Notes under the pieces: generated by a model
Databases searched by the model: none
What the model saw: the letters and a program-made list of their open reading frames with translations, nothing else
What the model was told of the DNA's origin: nothing
Shown: piece by piece, positions 15,001-21,700 of the stretch
How the letters are laid out: the number at the start of each line of letters is the position of its first letter
Position numbering within the stretch: position 1 is the stretch's first letter
Source: a virus
Taxonomy: Duplodnaviria; Caudoviricetes
DNA: 64,000 nt
Virus record (IMG/VR): IMGVR_UViG_3300026270_000004
Coordinates: 37,471-101,470 of that record
Strand: one strand, 5' to 3'
Position numbers and translations under genes: made by a program

Positions 15001-15536
15001 TCTACGTTTGGTACCATCATTGTGTTGTAAGCAGTCACAATTAAGTGCTCTGCTGAAGGAGGAGCGACTGGAGTACCTAAAAAGCTTAATGGGAAGATGG
15101 TTTCAGTGCCATCAAACAATGTAAAGGGATTTTCTAGTTGTTGCTTCTTCTTATTAAACTGTGGATACGAAATACCTGGAGTAATGATAACATCAGGACC
15201 ACGAGTGACCCTTTCGTAGTAAATTACTTCATTATCAATCATTATGGAGCCATTTTGCTCCTGGAATCCATCGATGCCCTCAATTTCGATCTTCTCATCG
15301 TACAGACCGATATCCTTCAGCAACTTCGTTGCAGAGTCGAGTTGATCTGAGGTGTAACTGTCTAAATCGAGATATCTCAATAAGTTATTGAGAATATCGT
15401 AAGGTCTACCTGTTTTCTCTTGAGACTTATAGTATTCAAACAAGAAGTTGACTAATTGTCTATCTTCTTGGCGAATAAACTCAGGTAACTGATTTTCGAC
15501 CCGATCAGAGACGTTGATATTCTTTAAATGAGGCAT
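1..15536 (-). CDS. gp7: Giant baseplate wedge initiator gp7-like multidomain structural protein (partial; continues beyond window start; >5,170 aa)
   Basis: ATG at 15536 reads MPHLKNINVSDRVENQLPEFIRQEDRQLVNFLFEYYKSQEK, the typical cyanophage gp7 N-terminus, directly after gp6. The same frame is still protein-like at the left edge (NIRYIAEQAVAAGLVQ). Absent from the ORF track, consistent with no stop codon in the window. The frame was spot-checked, not read codon by codon. Confidence 0.88.
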   Translation of the reverse strand, partial: MPHLKNINVSDRVENQLPEFIRQEDRQLVNFLFEYYKSQEKTGRPYDILNNLLRYLDLDSYTSDQLDSATKLLKDIGLYDEKIEIEGIDGFQEQNGSIMIDNEVIYYERVTRGPDVIITPGISYPQFNKKKQQLENPFTLFDGTETIFPLSFLGTPVAPPSAEHLIVTAYNTMMVPNVDYYVEGLNLRFAEAPRDQIGSDDSEFTSVTYLVGYSDQPIKTCDSIPYTEWQGTKFYPLRINNQSYTPTSEIGLVINKNGRLQEPYTDFTVFEDKVVFKNEIGAADAIHIRSVEYTPPAYGSGASAIAKVDDNGTITSLIPKTGGSKYRLDFAPKVAITSNSGSDATAKSLIAGIKDINLIDGGQGYSSYNPPIPVVVAPTNPNGTPAQLSLTVNDETGMVDSVTITNSGSGYDFIPAISFKNPGGATISPPTIDGEGRINIGTITVDTMGSGYSNAPVVYIDPAPIGGINASAISKINQDGQVYEVQITNRGRGYTTPPRVAIVNPIGAQVLDVTVASGSVTNIEMLTGGMGYTDAPSVYIVDDRKDGYGEPIGGTGALAEATIFNGEITDINITNFGSGYSTEFPPKIYIAEPKAARASVDVGFDQVTGFDILEYGSGYASSAFLGCSRGVSGAVGYDNLHNEIYAGEAALRQSNHVAGAHVTNLDSLFIKEVFDKFRRQYLPTLDIDFGKVNPVQVIKNINDFYISKGTKLATQYLFKILFGEDVDLYYPKDEIISPSHATWVVDTILRAELLEGDPSNLIDSEVNQYADEVDTSVTAASALIENVITIIEGTDTIYELAISEETLVGNFIIPYKTRLVEPLTTTGQIITVDSTIGWPERNGTIRINDVEQVQYKEKSLNQFIECTRSKNGIVEDWDPGTIIQSDIFVYVNRGTAQECKLRILGIAEAGTTVLNDTGSYYLGGDKLKVANLGSTAEELRLQSWLYNVKKLIQVDSITPGGVNNQTATVVCGNPHGLLVSDQVTIYGANPVVYNGTFTVTSRIDQFTFSYQINVPTEILPQGNILLSVDLNRGKSDIASINSVVSEFTTNIQNSFFNDDYVYVAASGLPNYKIGPFTGSALIPGNQRKLLRFPRLVQTISERKTIDPGTPIGAWVNGVSIWSYKSREFIQYGPLTSIAVTNVGESYDAGAKPNVEITGGGGTGAEAEVVVNGSLTSFDMVTEGTGYTESPLVSIVGGGGSGATAQAVITGGRVTRILVEQPGTNYTTQPLVSITGGGGTGATATANVRGPISSVNITNFGSGYTSLPSVKVNSGEGALAQPIVINGRIVSIAIINSGESYTTAPNIIINGDGFGAIAKATIGTIGEDKGRVLGVTIINKGIGYTQGLTTVRLEAVGQLASFQPTVYQWNKNLQYELVDNYDFARGYVFTGYNNQFGGEYAHLSDPKELRYVVGDNVFLNPVTQQFQEVAANFEHSPIIGWAFDGNPIYGPYGYIDPTDQNSGIRRMRTSFKLKENVVFDAATNPNPSRVDGPPIATYDAGTFIDDYYYDFQSGDLDNYNGRFCKTPDFPEGVYAYFVTIDASDAGIAEFPYILGPQFNSLPDNWNFSQAATQENIPNGVVRYRDPYTDVDIDVDRQPNQEADVLTTEKEGYPIIFEIQDSNNDGLIDANEQQEILEMSEEATLQIYDYFPRVSPESRVDIEVETTTQFENAQIDGFVIENPGVSYQVNDTVFFDNEGTGGFGASAIIDSVKGQRITAYQKEIIGDRPYGKIVTEAGHELRQQDEIIVNSRPVIDNTNKTYRVKVVAGVERINIVQAGTGYNNDIPPTFELITASGKDAELSLNLEGTGQINTVNIINSGNGYDADNPPQIRVSHPQQYKKTRYWITEYKEATGQVSIHHTLTTADRYTYICGSVLETDGDQAAFLAKFDDLGQKVWERNLLPTNSGVKKAEFIKMYIDESEEDDKIYVVGQTYDPNNNQYNPDVWLGLYKSGFNNANAPDGILQWQKAIAGISGLSRRDWVTSIALDQEKRIYIAGYTDSNSIDPNDMWIIQCDLDGDLVEKRKIASANDSEMINQIKWISDDRFFFVGVNDQNDDCIFGVIFYDGANLEIEYIRQIPTVGGYVRNPEFTIDDYNDVICIWDVYNGATQKFEKIQVNKFPLATANSQWTWSKTVNISGEVENIQHAGISVDVFGNYTIVSDVQESENQRYAVIHYLKYDGTVIKETKVDDTDRIGFQAKSHSVDSSGDCIIAVDRRQPDQLASHRFNNVANAVEDTTKQELVTPALHTPSNVSIDTSIQKFGTGSLKLSGISPVKFPGMNLTTKEWSARAWMSVATAHHAGNNKPILFDVTPIAGDSIQVEIDGDATSGNYEKVVLYVNSTEVATSATATHWTTFGGAAWVHVTFQKREESLGLYQYEVFLNGNLVVNYQSTSDISIADITIAGKYSGPNTANSLIGWIDDLVFDDAAPYNGTYLVPTAEIPVTTSISDSALIKFDRLHDKRAAYTLTGLTAYTTIEFSDIETPTIWTDVSGAALSNWVIGAGGLQILDMSQVVSTMNPGTYTFSNALTEYATKTSTIPSPLGKRLQITADVISKFYMRDALYQKVDNVLEFTFNQDVKLTKNSIIQQYTNTLSGQVVSAYGTIVGCPNEYDLLNPGMGNKYQVGKIYGTFNNTDLFKTDVGDVNQISGSYFNVEEPEIPWAAGVAVTTGERRYYDKKIFQSQGTGTTGTIPPVHTGGVQSDGVINWAFIDDAGKFTVDLTQHPYPMPQYLDSDMPEWDSGILYVVGQKVWHKLNVYVVGAGGAGVSGTTPPTHTTGADTDGGVTWTWESTSTPISDFARTLPYDLGNNYTVQIVEIQPGSLYIPEDVISINAGNITEADDQKSVVISGFASVKKIRVTARLEKDIIRTNSTRTNLVYCTSNDAHGFDAGDIIFTEGFQGDQFNGSFFIDQIIGSREFTYGIRDVAVSDPAFNSNAINNVNIYAKHPTLEFTRNHQYVFDLSDTSNFGYYLSFSQDNQYKLEYSFNNITRSGTPGIPLGGDNYPFVKFSVLGDVTNISYYFDPSRTGADSPVGDNSFIDVITTPFQGTFKVTEILSDTEFRFRLDKEPERLNAEVGTDPFDNVYSYYSTTSVRAVGPINTIKLVSAGGFYQKLPIISDIASFRQVEKVVVNDGGTEYAVGVYYEVPIAGDGEGGKATVTVEFDAEVGSGTITGVAVADPGKGYTIASIDIDSIPGILGATLAGSGGSVTVVIPEEGSGASVFLTGTNIGKIKRLKNNEFGFGYSHDYTLKPEITFPVNLQLFNTSILSQIKITDPGSGYTSTPAVVIEGGGGSGADAEAIVKNNRLSEIIIKNSGAGYSSEPDVTLKSEFNYVVNLDLNYLQFNFPHGITTGAEVQFRADDIGSTEGELPKPSTAGLTSLVEGQTYYAIAGEAAGLESDQLRFGLTLAAAQGGSYITFLTQGSGRQTLLTEVFGGKAVAVIETSRFLEGEEVFQGSSTETSTARGKVSTNTGWQIGPKILKIVDYTGDWAEGEKVTGEISKASGIIDNFSIARGVLNIGSLTKTPGRFIDDVGKPSEIVQKIQDSFFYQNFSYVVQSEIPITEWKTQVLENNHPAGFNMFGQLQLTGGKDVSGRRIGTEFTKKVNINNYSNVNQITSFGAAQPIYTDYNNTEVLFRKKRLTSSEEILTSIVKKMDNVQDQFDGIKKSFPITVEGETVIVKQDQLMITLNGIIQSPGTSYQIVGGNLVFAEPPKPPSKVNYRTLSVTPTTIYRIALYNDGGGSNYGIFPTLGQQVQGALSDVIGTVIDSGTNHIDVINVSGTFQLNEQIKRGELFAALIESVTPLNTPTIFEFGESLTNLDGDTAYIEETNVDNQGNVTDRVVVSKTSGTPRFETGIFDFKLNEYIYSASSGIAGQITYIAPYQDPINGEVVDELIINKGTTFFGLLFERLVSLTNPNVILDDISQSSITPTELYNSENRINADFLNFEQVRTTEVTYSQLSGGTLTDGMVIRNKKAFYGNPISTFHGIAANRFLDARRNISNNKQEIIDFAEAAIAIDYPDYYFPSDVITNNWSRFKDAYRMIQKNKAMIAGMAFDDMKTQYPSSSIPSDAKCKRDLEYFIDAISIDIYAGGNRYARKFVQQYFDENGTFTYVNAEVAETKYAYEKAKDRMNVAIANGYSGTISAVNSGDSWTAYQDLTITADPSPGNPYGTAGSNADNTDSDNCSDVQAAITTLHQFIDEALNNASLNDLPVEAGGTYSPHQEKCRRDLGYMIDAIANDVGQGGNFNTVEFTKKFFNEDGTPLTNGIVGEEAEAVHAFTAAGTFMHRAINNLMYWKDLSGQGYNLNDPTTYTGGVAPANNYDLNYASGNNQDINNCANVKSYIDTLRAIATTAMTAGNLTNVNALAVTDGTFEANETIRTTKIGYKDKSTGLFVMGDQIKGMTSGALFQAIGVNSGLKWLFAGPVTGVFQAGEYITNSTLTFTNCTQSVIVKKAELSGTKSIYIPTNGALSSPASYDYAFGTGDFTIEGWFRSATNTTLQTLFDFRRLSAAQGLRIVQDAQAIKVYNGTTQLLTSGNVVTTTGTWHHIAVSRNNGITQLYINGAQLGGNVADTNDYLYAACYVGQDFNGATHWSGHVDNVCIWKGIGAYTTGFTAPTQVDYNNPNIVFGLDGEAPFILSTEEVYAKYSGQRSSATTSKRIDYEGLAIIAEDVDLGRQEYRDCADIIDLNGAYIAEEAVGRMKAAFSDFNIRGDVPAQNSYGGTDTCIRDTKDYILGALIKDLREGGNYHTIYTARTYLTVGGKLDFIGEEILQSLYVWNEVAKLTKEIITTTSATLTGTYTTRYRIPNNFASPASQAVQDEVDTLMTDLLKVIAPNDQRFREGGFQLWKNRDYIAEEVAGYIQDKYQKTIDGVVFDFLEMPGYGQPYCERDIKDFIIPGVIADLVTGGTFQTQAVIDKYLDDQKNILHVEHELAALNDAFDYTKMLAMKAINNLLMSPGEVAGALLDNDGNALNAAAWAHEEYYTPIWTSKAAYRDSEIVKDTEGYPNNQNRANNDRYLDAADMIWNNRAVIAKECVSIMNDLSKYGNLMIPDGHVNCEDDVLDMIEAMVHDIRFDCNEKVWDAAALYVETENNSLKHIETEWEASITVVKLLRDILTCTMRNAFGKDYDMEQGDGASNVESYNQNPKDKLFAECGDAIDGNIRYIAEQAVAAGLVQ

Positions 15537-15541
15537 CTATC

Positions 15542-17638
15542 TTAGAAACAGGATTCGCTAACTGGATACTCGAAAGTATCACTTGGGTAATCGATAATAT
15601 TTATCCCACTTGTGTCACCGTAATTATAACCATTAAAGTTATTAGGATCGAAGGTGGGGATTGACACATCGTTGATTGTGTAGTCAATTGGATTGACTTG
15701 GGGGTTAAAGATCGTAGGATCTACTCCTGGTGGGATTGCAATTGATCCACCAGCAGGTAATACTTGAATTGGCAGTCTAGTAGTGCCATCTGGGGTGCCC
15801 TGAATCGCTACAGGACCAACACAGACTTGACCACTGCCATAATCGACGCTGCCTACTGAAGGATTGAGGGTTAACTCAGTCTCATCTCTCACGGTAACCA
15901 GAATTAGGTTTCCACGACCATCATCTCTTATGTTGACTGGTACCAAGACTTGATTAGCGGTACTTGTGCTAATTCCAGGTGTTGAAACCTGTGCAGACGT
16001 AGATCCGTCGCTCAAAGTAAGATTTACAAGATCTTCTGTATATCCAGTGGCATAAAATGTCCCAGATTTGACTACAGAGAAAGAAGGCTTACATTTTCCA
16101 CCTTCTCCATCGCCATCATCGTCTGGAGTGCCAGCTAACCCAGTTGGATCATAAAGTGGGTTACCAAAATCTAAACATTGTGTGAAAACTTGCCCAAAAG
16201 CAAATTTATCAAGATTTTGACCCAAAGTCATTTGAGTTACGTTACCAGAAATGGCATTATCGGCATTATCGATCATTGCACCGAATTTAGATCCGTCTAA
16301 ACGGTTTCCAAACCTATTTGTGGCACCATTTTTGTTAAATGCGTCAATTCCTTGTAAAATCTTAGTTCCAAGTTGAGATCCAGTCAAACTAGTGTCATTT
16401 CCGTTGTAATAAACGTAAGATTTGGGAATAACATAGAAAATAGTTGGGTCAATGATGACTGGCTCGATAGATGCGACAGAATACTTCGCTAAATCCTTCT
16501 TAATCTTTGCTTTTGTCGTTTCATTGAGCTTAGTTCCTGTTTTTGGTCTAATTGCAACGTAAACTTTTCCATAAATCGGTGGATTTAACTTCTCACCACC
16601 AAATGCAGTCACTGATGCTGCTTGAGGGTAGATTTCAGAGACAATATGCTCAAAATCATTCTCTGTAACTGCCCTATTCTGGGTTGCATACGCTCTAGGT
16701 GCTCTAAACTTGACTGAAAGTGATGTTTCACGATCTTCACCGTCTTGAGCAGCGTCTTTAGTGGTCAAACTAATGGAATTTGGGTTAACTACACGATTAT
16801 CGGAGTCAATTACGTTACCAATGAAGTTAAAACCCTTCGCACCGTTTGCTTCTACCCCATCTGTAGAGATATATGTGATAGTAATGTATTCTCCATCGAT
16901 TAATTTACGTCCAATTGACCCATCTCCGAAAACAAGACGGTATCTCATGTCATCAGTCTCTTCCAAATAGTAAATTCTGGAAGTTCCGTCAGAATTTGTG
17001 ACATTTGCTGCTGGACTATAGGTATCTGTCTCTGAAGATTGCTCAGTTGGAGAAATATCTACTGTCAAAAGACCTGTATCTACCTTTTCATCAGGAATGA
17101 CGTACTCTTGACGCTTTGTATAGTCAACTGTATAGTTATAACTGAGTAAATTACCCTGATATACCATTACATTATCAAAAGTTGCTAATCCTGTGCCACT
17201 ATCTACAGGCACTTGGATGTCTTGAGTCAATGCAAAGGTATAAGAATCAAAATCATTGTCTGCAACAAAGACATCACCCTTCTTTAGGGTGGCAAATTCA
17301 GGATAACTAGTCCCACTTAGTCCAACACTAGTCTGTGCAAGGAGTTTCACGCATGCTCTAGGTGCTTTAATTGACCTAGGAGTGTAATTTAACTGCTTTG
17401 CGATCCTTACAATGTTGTCTCTGACCGTTGCAGTCTCTAAAAATGCTTCGTTTAACGCCATGTTAGCGTTAAATGCTGTGTAATATGTGTTATACGCAAG
17501 AATATCGATCAAATATGATGCAGAACTTCCCTCAAAATCGTAATCAGTAAACTCTTTTCTAGTTCTGAGGTACGATCTAATCGATTCTTTGATCTCAAAG
17601 AAGTCTAACGACGTTAATTGCGATGGTATGGCTGCCAT
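15542..17638 (-). CDS. gp6: Baseplate wedge subunit gp6
   Basis: LDFFEIKESIRSYL..FTDYDFEGS..LIDILAYNTYY..NEAFLETATVRDN N-terminus; ATQNRAVTENDF and YGKVYVAIRP motifs. Confidence 0.96.
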   Translation of the reverse strand: MAAIPSQLTSLDFFEIKESIRSYLRTRKEFTDYDFEGSSASYLIDILAYNTYYTAFNANMALNEAFLETATVRDNIVRIAKQLNYTPRSIKAPRACVKLLAQTSVGLSGTSYPEFATLKKGDVFVADNDFDSYTFALTQDIQVPVDSGTGLATFDNVMVYQGNLLSYNYTVDYTKRQEYVIPDEKVDTGLLTVDISPTEQSSETDTYSPAANVTNSDGTSRIYYLEETDDMRYRLVFGDGSIGRKLIDGEYITITYISTDGVEANGAKGFNFIGNVIDSDNRVVNPNSISLTTKDAAQDGEDRETSLSVKFRAPRAYATQNRAVTENDFEHIVSEIYPQAASVTAFGGEKLNPPIYGKVYVAIRPKTGTKLNETTKAKIKKDLAKYSVASIEPVIIDPTIFYVIPKSYVYYNGNDTSLTGSQLGTKILQGIDAFNKNGATNRFGNRLDGSKFGAMIDNADNAISGNVTQMTLGQNLDKFAFGQVFTQCLDFGNPLYDPTGLAGTPDDDGDGEGGKCKPSFSVVKSGTFYATGYTEDLVNLTLSDGSTSAQVSTPGISTSTANQVLVPVNIRDDGRGNLILVTVRDETELTLNPSVGSVDYGSGQVCVGPVAIQGTPDGTTRLPIQVLPAGGSIAIPPGVDPTIFNPQVNPIDYTINDVSIPTFDPNNFNGYNYGDTSGINIIDYPSDTFEYPVSESCF

Positions 17639-17639
17639 T

Positions 17640-18053
17640 TTATGCCTTTTCTAGTAGAAAATCAATATTTTGCACTTGTTGCTGACCAACAATAGTGTAA
17701 TCTATCGAAATGTGGACTGAATTTATATTGGATTCATCACGAAGTCCGACTCCAGTGCACCTGACACGTGGCTCTAGTCGTTTAATCACGTTAAATATTT
17801 CACTTTTTATGGTATCGACTGCGAATGGATCCCATGGTTCAAACAAAAGCATCTTAACTCTTGACCCAATCGAAGGTTGAAAAGGTCTTTCACCGAACAT
17901 AGTTAAGATGAGGTTACGAACAGACTGCTTTATAGCATTCTCATTCTTAACCACACCGAAATCTCCAGTATTAGGGTTTGCTTTAAAGGAAATTGCTAAG
18001 TCCTTAAACCCTCTACTGACATATTTTTCTGATCTGAACCTATAAGCAGGCAT
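17640..18053 (-). CDS. gp25: Baseplate wedge subunit gp25
   Basis: NENAIKQSVRNLILTMFGERPFQPSIGS..EPRV motif; adjacent to gp6. Confidence 0.95.
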   Translation of the reverse strand: MPAYRFRSEKYVSRGFKDLAISFKANPNTGDFGVVKNENAIKQSVRNLILTMFGERPFQPSIGSRVKMLLFEPWDPFAVDTIKSEIFNVIKRLEPRVRCTGVGLRDESNINSVHISIDYTIVGQQQVQNIDFLLEKA

Positions 18054-18092
18054 TCTTGTCTACCTTTTCAAGATATTTAGCGTTATATCTTT

Positions 18093-18100
18093 TATTTATA
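18093..18100 (-). promoter_or_regulatory. T4-type late promoter TATAAATA upstream of gp25
   Basis: Plus strand tatttata = TATAAATA on minus, 40 nt upstream of the gp25 start. Confidence 0.8.
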
Positions 18101-18111
18101 GGGTTTCCCGA

Positions 18112-18249
18112 CTATTTTCCTTGACCCCTATATCTCTTCTTTGCAACATTACGTGAAGTTGCACTTAATTTTGTGTTTTTTGATGCTCCTTGTCTGGTTT
18201 TCTTGGGTTGAGGTGAAATATAACCACCTGTTGTTCCGTAAAGTGCCAT
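18112..18249 (-). CDS. Small basic protein (45 aa), hypothetical
   Basis: MALYGTTGGYISPQPKKTRQGASKNTKLSATSRNVAKKRYRGQGK; start moved to ATG 18249 to avoid overlap with the upstream gene. Confidence 0.75.
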   Translation of the reverse strand: MALYGTTGGYISPQPKKTRQGASKNTKLSATSRNVAKKRYRGQGK

Positions 18250-18265
18250 TTTATTGAATAAACTA

Positions 18266-18799
18266 CTATGATGATAGCACAGTTGCATGCCCCCAGGCAA
18301 CCACAGATGAACAAGGGTAACTAAATCCTGAAAAACCAACACCTAGAGGGTCTAGGATACGAGCAATTGGTAATTTCAAAGCAAATACTGTAACAGTCGT
18401 TGCCATAACAATCCTAGTATGTCCTACACCACCTCCATCTTCGATTGTAAGGGTGCTACAAGGGATCGGAGTGGGGGTTGGACACATTGCTTTACCACAA
18501 GGACACATATAAACAACAATATTAGTACATACCGCTATATGTGGAGTGAAGGTATCTCCCAAAAGCATGATGGGAATACGGTTTACTAGCACAGTTGCCC
18601 TATATGGGGTAACAGGGAATATAGGAATTAGGGGTTGAGGGGGCCACCAACACGTATATTCCTTAATGACTATGCTGTAGGGGATTGGAGGGGTGCCACA
18701 CGCTTGTACAGAGTGGATAGTGGACGGTATACACAGTCCATGACCACTACAAGGTAGTCCGTTTAGAGATGATACTGGTAATAGTGCTCCAAATGCCAT
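18266..18799 (-). CDS. PAAR-like spike tip protein (gp5.4-like), Cys-rich
   Basis: CSGHG, TVLVNRIPIMLLGDTFTPH, TVFALKLPIARILD and terminal C..GHATV pattern; baseplate context. Confidence 0.75.
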   Translation of the reverse strand: MAFGALLPVSSLNGLPCSGHGLCIPSTIHSVQACGTPPIPYSIVIKEYTCWWPPQPLIPIFPVTPYRATVLVNRIPIMLLGDTFTPHIAVCTNIVVYMCPCGKAMCPTPTPIPCSTLTIEDGGGVGHTRIVMATTVTVFALKLPIARILDPLGVGFSGFSYPCSSVVAWGHATVLSS

Positions 18800-21700
18800 T
18801 ATAACCTCTTAGGGAAAATTATATCGTTAAGTCCTTCACCATCCTTCCATGCATCCTCTTCATTACATTCATCGAAGAATGGGTTACCATAATTCCTCAG
18901 TGCTCTTCCTAGTGCTATAACTCCACCAGAGAGATAATTCCTAACTGCCATGATACCATTATAAGATCCCATATTCATTCTGGCATTTGCACCAGAACCA
19001 GTTATACGTTGAGGATTAATAGCAATAGAAGCATCCATACATTTATCTAGTGCTAGACAGGGGTTGTTATGTAATGCAGTAACATCACAATATGTCGTAC
19101 CTGATTGACCATTACCATTAGCATCATATGCACTATACACAGTGAGAGGTCCATCAGATGCATTCACGCCCCGCACATATGTATCCCAACATTCATTGGG
19201 TGGTACACCGTTGGTACAACTTGCCACGGTTAACGCAGTATAATCCACCGCATGCGGTGTACCTGCTGGATCCCCAGCAGTAGGATGCCCTAACCATGTC
19301 TGCACTGCTGCACTACTACTGATATTCTGACCTGCCCACATCTGTAACTGTTCCAGCTCTGTAAAGTTGGATCTATTGTAGTCGTAGGTATTCTCATCTA
19401 ACCCGACGGGAACAAAGACCATGTTACCAGGATCTTGAGGATCTCTGTAACACCTACCATCTATACTACTCCTCTTACATTTCCAAGTCTTCTCACCAGC
19501 ATTAGTAGTTATAGGTCTCTTCTCCATTAAGTAGGGAGTTGGCATATTCTTAAGGAAGTCCATAAATGCTGGTCCCTGACTACCACCAACATATCCCTCT
19601 ATCTCCATAGACACACGGAATGTTGCTTCCTTCTCCTTAGAAGCACAATACTTATAGGGTAACCATCCGAATGCTTTACGCTCCCCTTCCTCGTTAGTGT
19701 CTAAGTATGCACAAGGCATATCAAACCACCGTGTAATATTATACAGTTTTGGTTGTATCATCTCTATACACTGCTTCTTACCAAAAGGACCATATAGGTG
19801 CGACATGTCAGAAGCAAGGGTATCTGCTGCAGCTACACCCTCTATTGCGTACCCTAGTGCACCATCTTGGAATTCAGTTACACCAGCATCATTAGCAGTA
19901 ACGTATTCTAAATTCTCAGCATCTGGCATACCTGCACTCATGTTAGCATTACCGTTGATCTCAGCACACTCTGCTGGTAGATTAAAGCAGAGTTTAGTTA
20001 TATCATCATCTATACCATCACCTGCTGCCCTTATGTAACTATCTGGGACTGTTACAGAAACCTGAGTAGCATTGTTAGAAGGCATGTCAGATGAGTGCTT
20101 CATAGACTCCTTGACTATATCCCTAGTCATAGGATCCATACTAGAGGACAGAGGTTGCAGAGCGTAGTCATCTAGAGTTGCTTCATCTCTTACACCATAC
20201 ACTACATCCTTCTTCTCAAAGGTGTGATCCCATGCCTTATCCATCTGCATTGCGGTTTCTTCCATCTCCTTACCGCCAGCTTGGAAGTTACCGTCCTTAT
20301 CACGCACACCCTCATACTCTATTATCTCAGGATCTACTACATGCACTATCACAGTATTTGCCTGACTGTAACCCGCACCAGGATCTACGATACGCACTGC
20401 TCTGATAATACCCTGATCATCTAACTGCGATATCTCCACCTCTGCTCTCTTCAGTCTGTATACATCCTTATTCTTATCCTCTGCATCTACTGCCTCTACG
20501 GAGGACTGCCACACTCTTGTATGTGACTTCATGTCCTGTGTAGATAAAGACTGGTCTTCCTTATCGGGGTCTGCCATTGCTTTCTCCGCATCAGGATCCA
20601 TTCCTAACTTATCTGCCATGAAGTCTGCACTATCATTAGGGGAGAAGTCATCCAATCCTTGCGGATCCATCACCTGTATAGTCGGGTTTACGTACCCTCT
20701 ACCACCGTTGATGATGATAATATCCTTAATCTCTCCGTCATCTCCTACGACTGCCTCTATCTTTGCCTCATCCATAGTGCGTCGTGGTATGAGTGCTTTA
20801 GGATCTATCTCTACTTTCCAGTAAGATATCTTTTTAGGGAATTCATATGTCCCGCAGAATGCGGATTTATTAGGTATTCCGTAACCAGCAAGCACTTCTA
20901 CCTGACCACCATCCGAGGAAGTGAAGTTTTGTTGATAAGAAAAGGTATTTTTCGTTGCACTAGACGGATTATCCCACGTCAATTCCATTATTCCACACTT
21001 AAGCTCATCACCAAAGTAATAAACAGACACTATATCCCAACCGTTAATCTTCTCACCCGCACCATAGTCACCAGTCCTTGTGAGATAACGGAAGAATATA
21101 ATAGGAGTATCCGTATCTATAGTCCAGAATGATTCCTCTACACCAACACTACTAGCATCATGAATGGATAGATTAGTCTTAGTGGTAGTCCATACATCTG
21201 AATTGATCTCATAGAAGTGACTGTGGTAAGTCCATACAGGAGCACAGTGAGGACATCCTTCAGGGTCAGTAGTATTAGGACAACACTGAGCATTACTCAG
21301 GATATACTGTGAGGAGAATATAGGACCATTCCAAGGGAATGTAGTATCATACAGATAGAATACAAACTGAGAGTCATACATGTCCTCGAATCCAAGGAAG
21401 CGAGGTACAGCACCCTTTACAGCACCACTCAGACCATATGACCACTCGAATAGTGCTTCGTTATCTTCTATGTCTACGTTACCAGGCCATCCCCAACCAT
21501 TAACATTAGGTGGACCTTCTACATTAGCACCACTAGAGTCACGCATCTGACGATACATGAATTCAGACCATCCACCACCACTTTCATCATAGTCTAATTG
21601 GTCTCCATGAGAGTAGTCATACCAACCACTCTTGTTAATAGTCTGTCCAGTAGGTCCAATCTTACCAATATCAAGGATGAGATCAGTTGGACTATCCAAA

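Noticed and set aside
833-15350. Short ORF-track entries on both strands
   Set aside because: They are shadows or alternate frames of the giant gp7-like gene.
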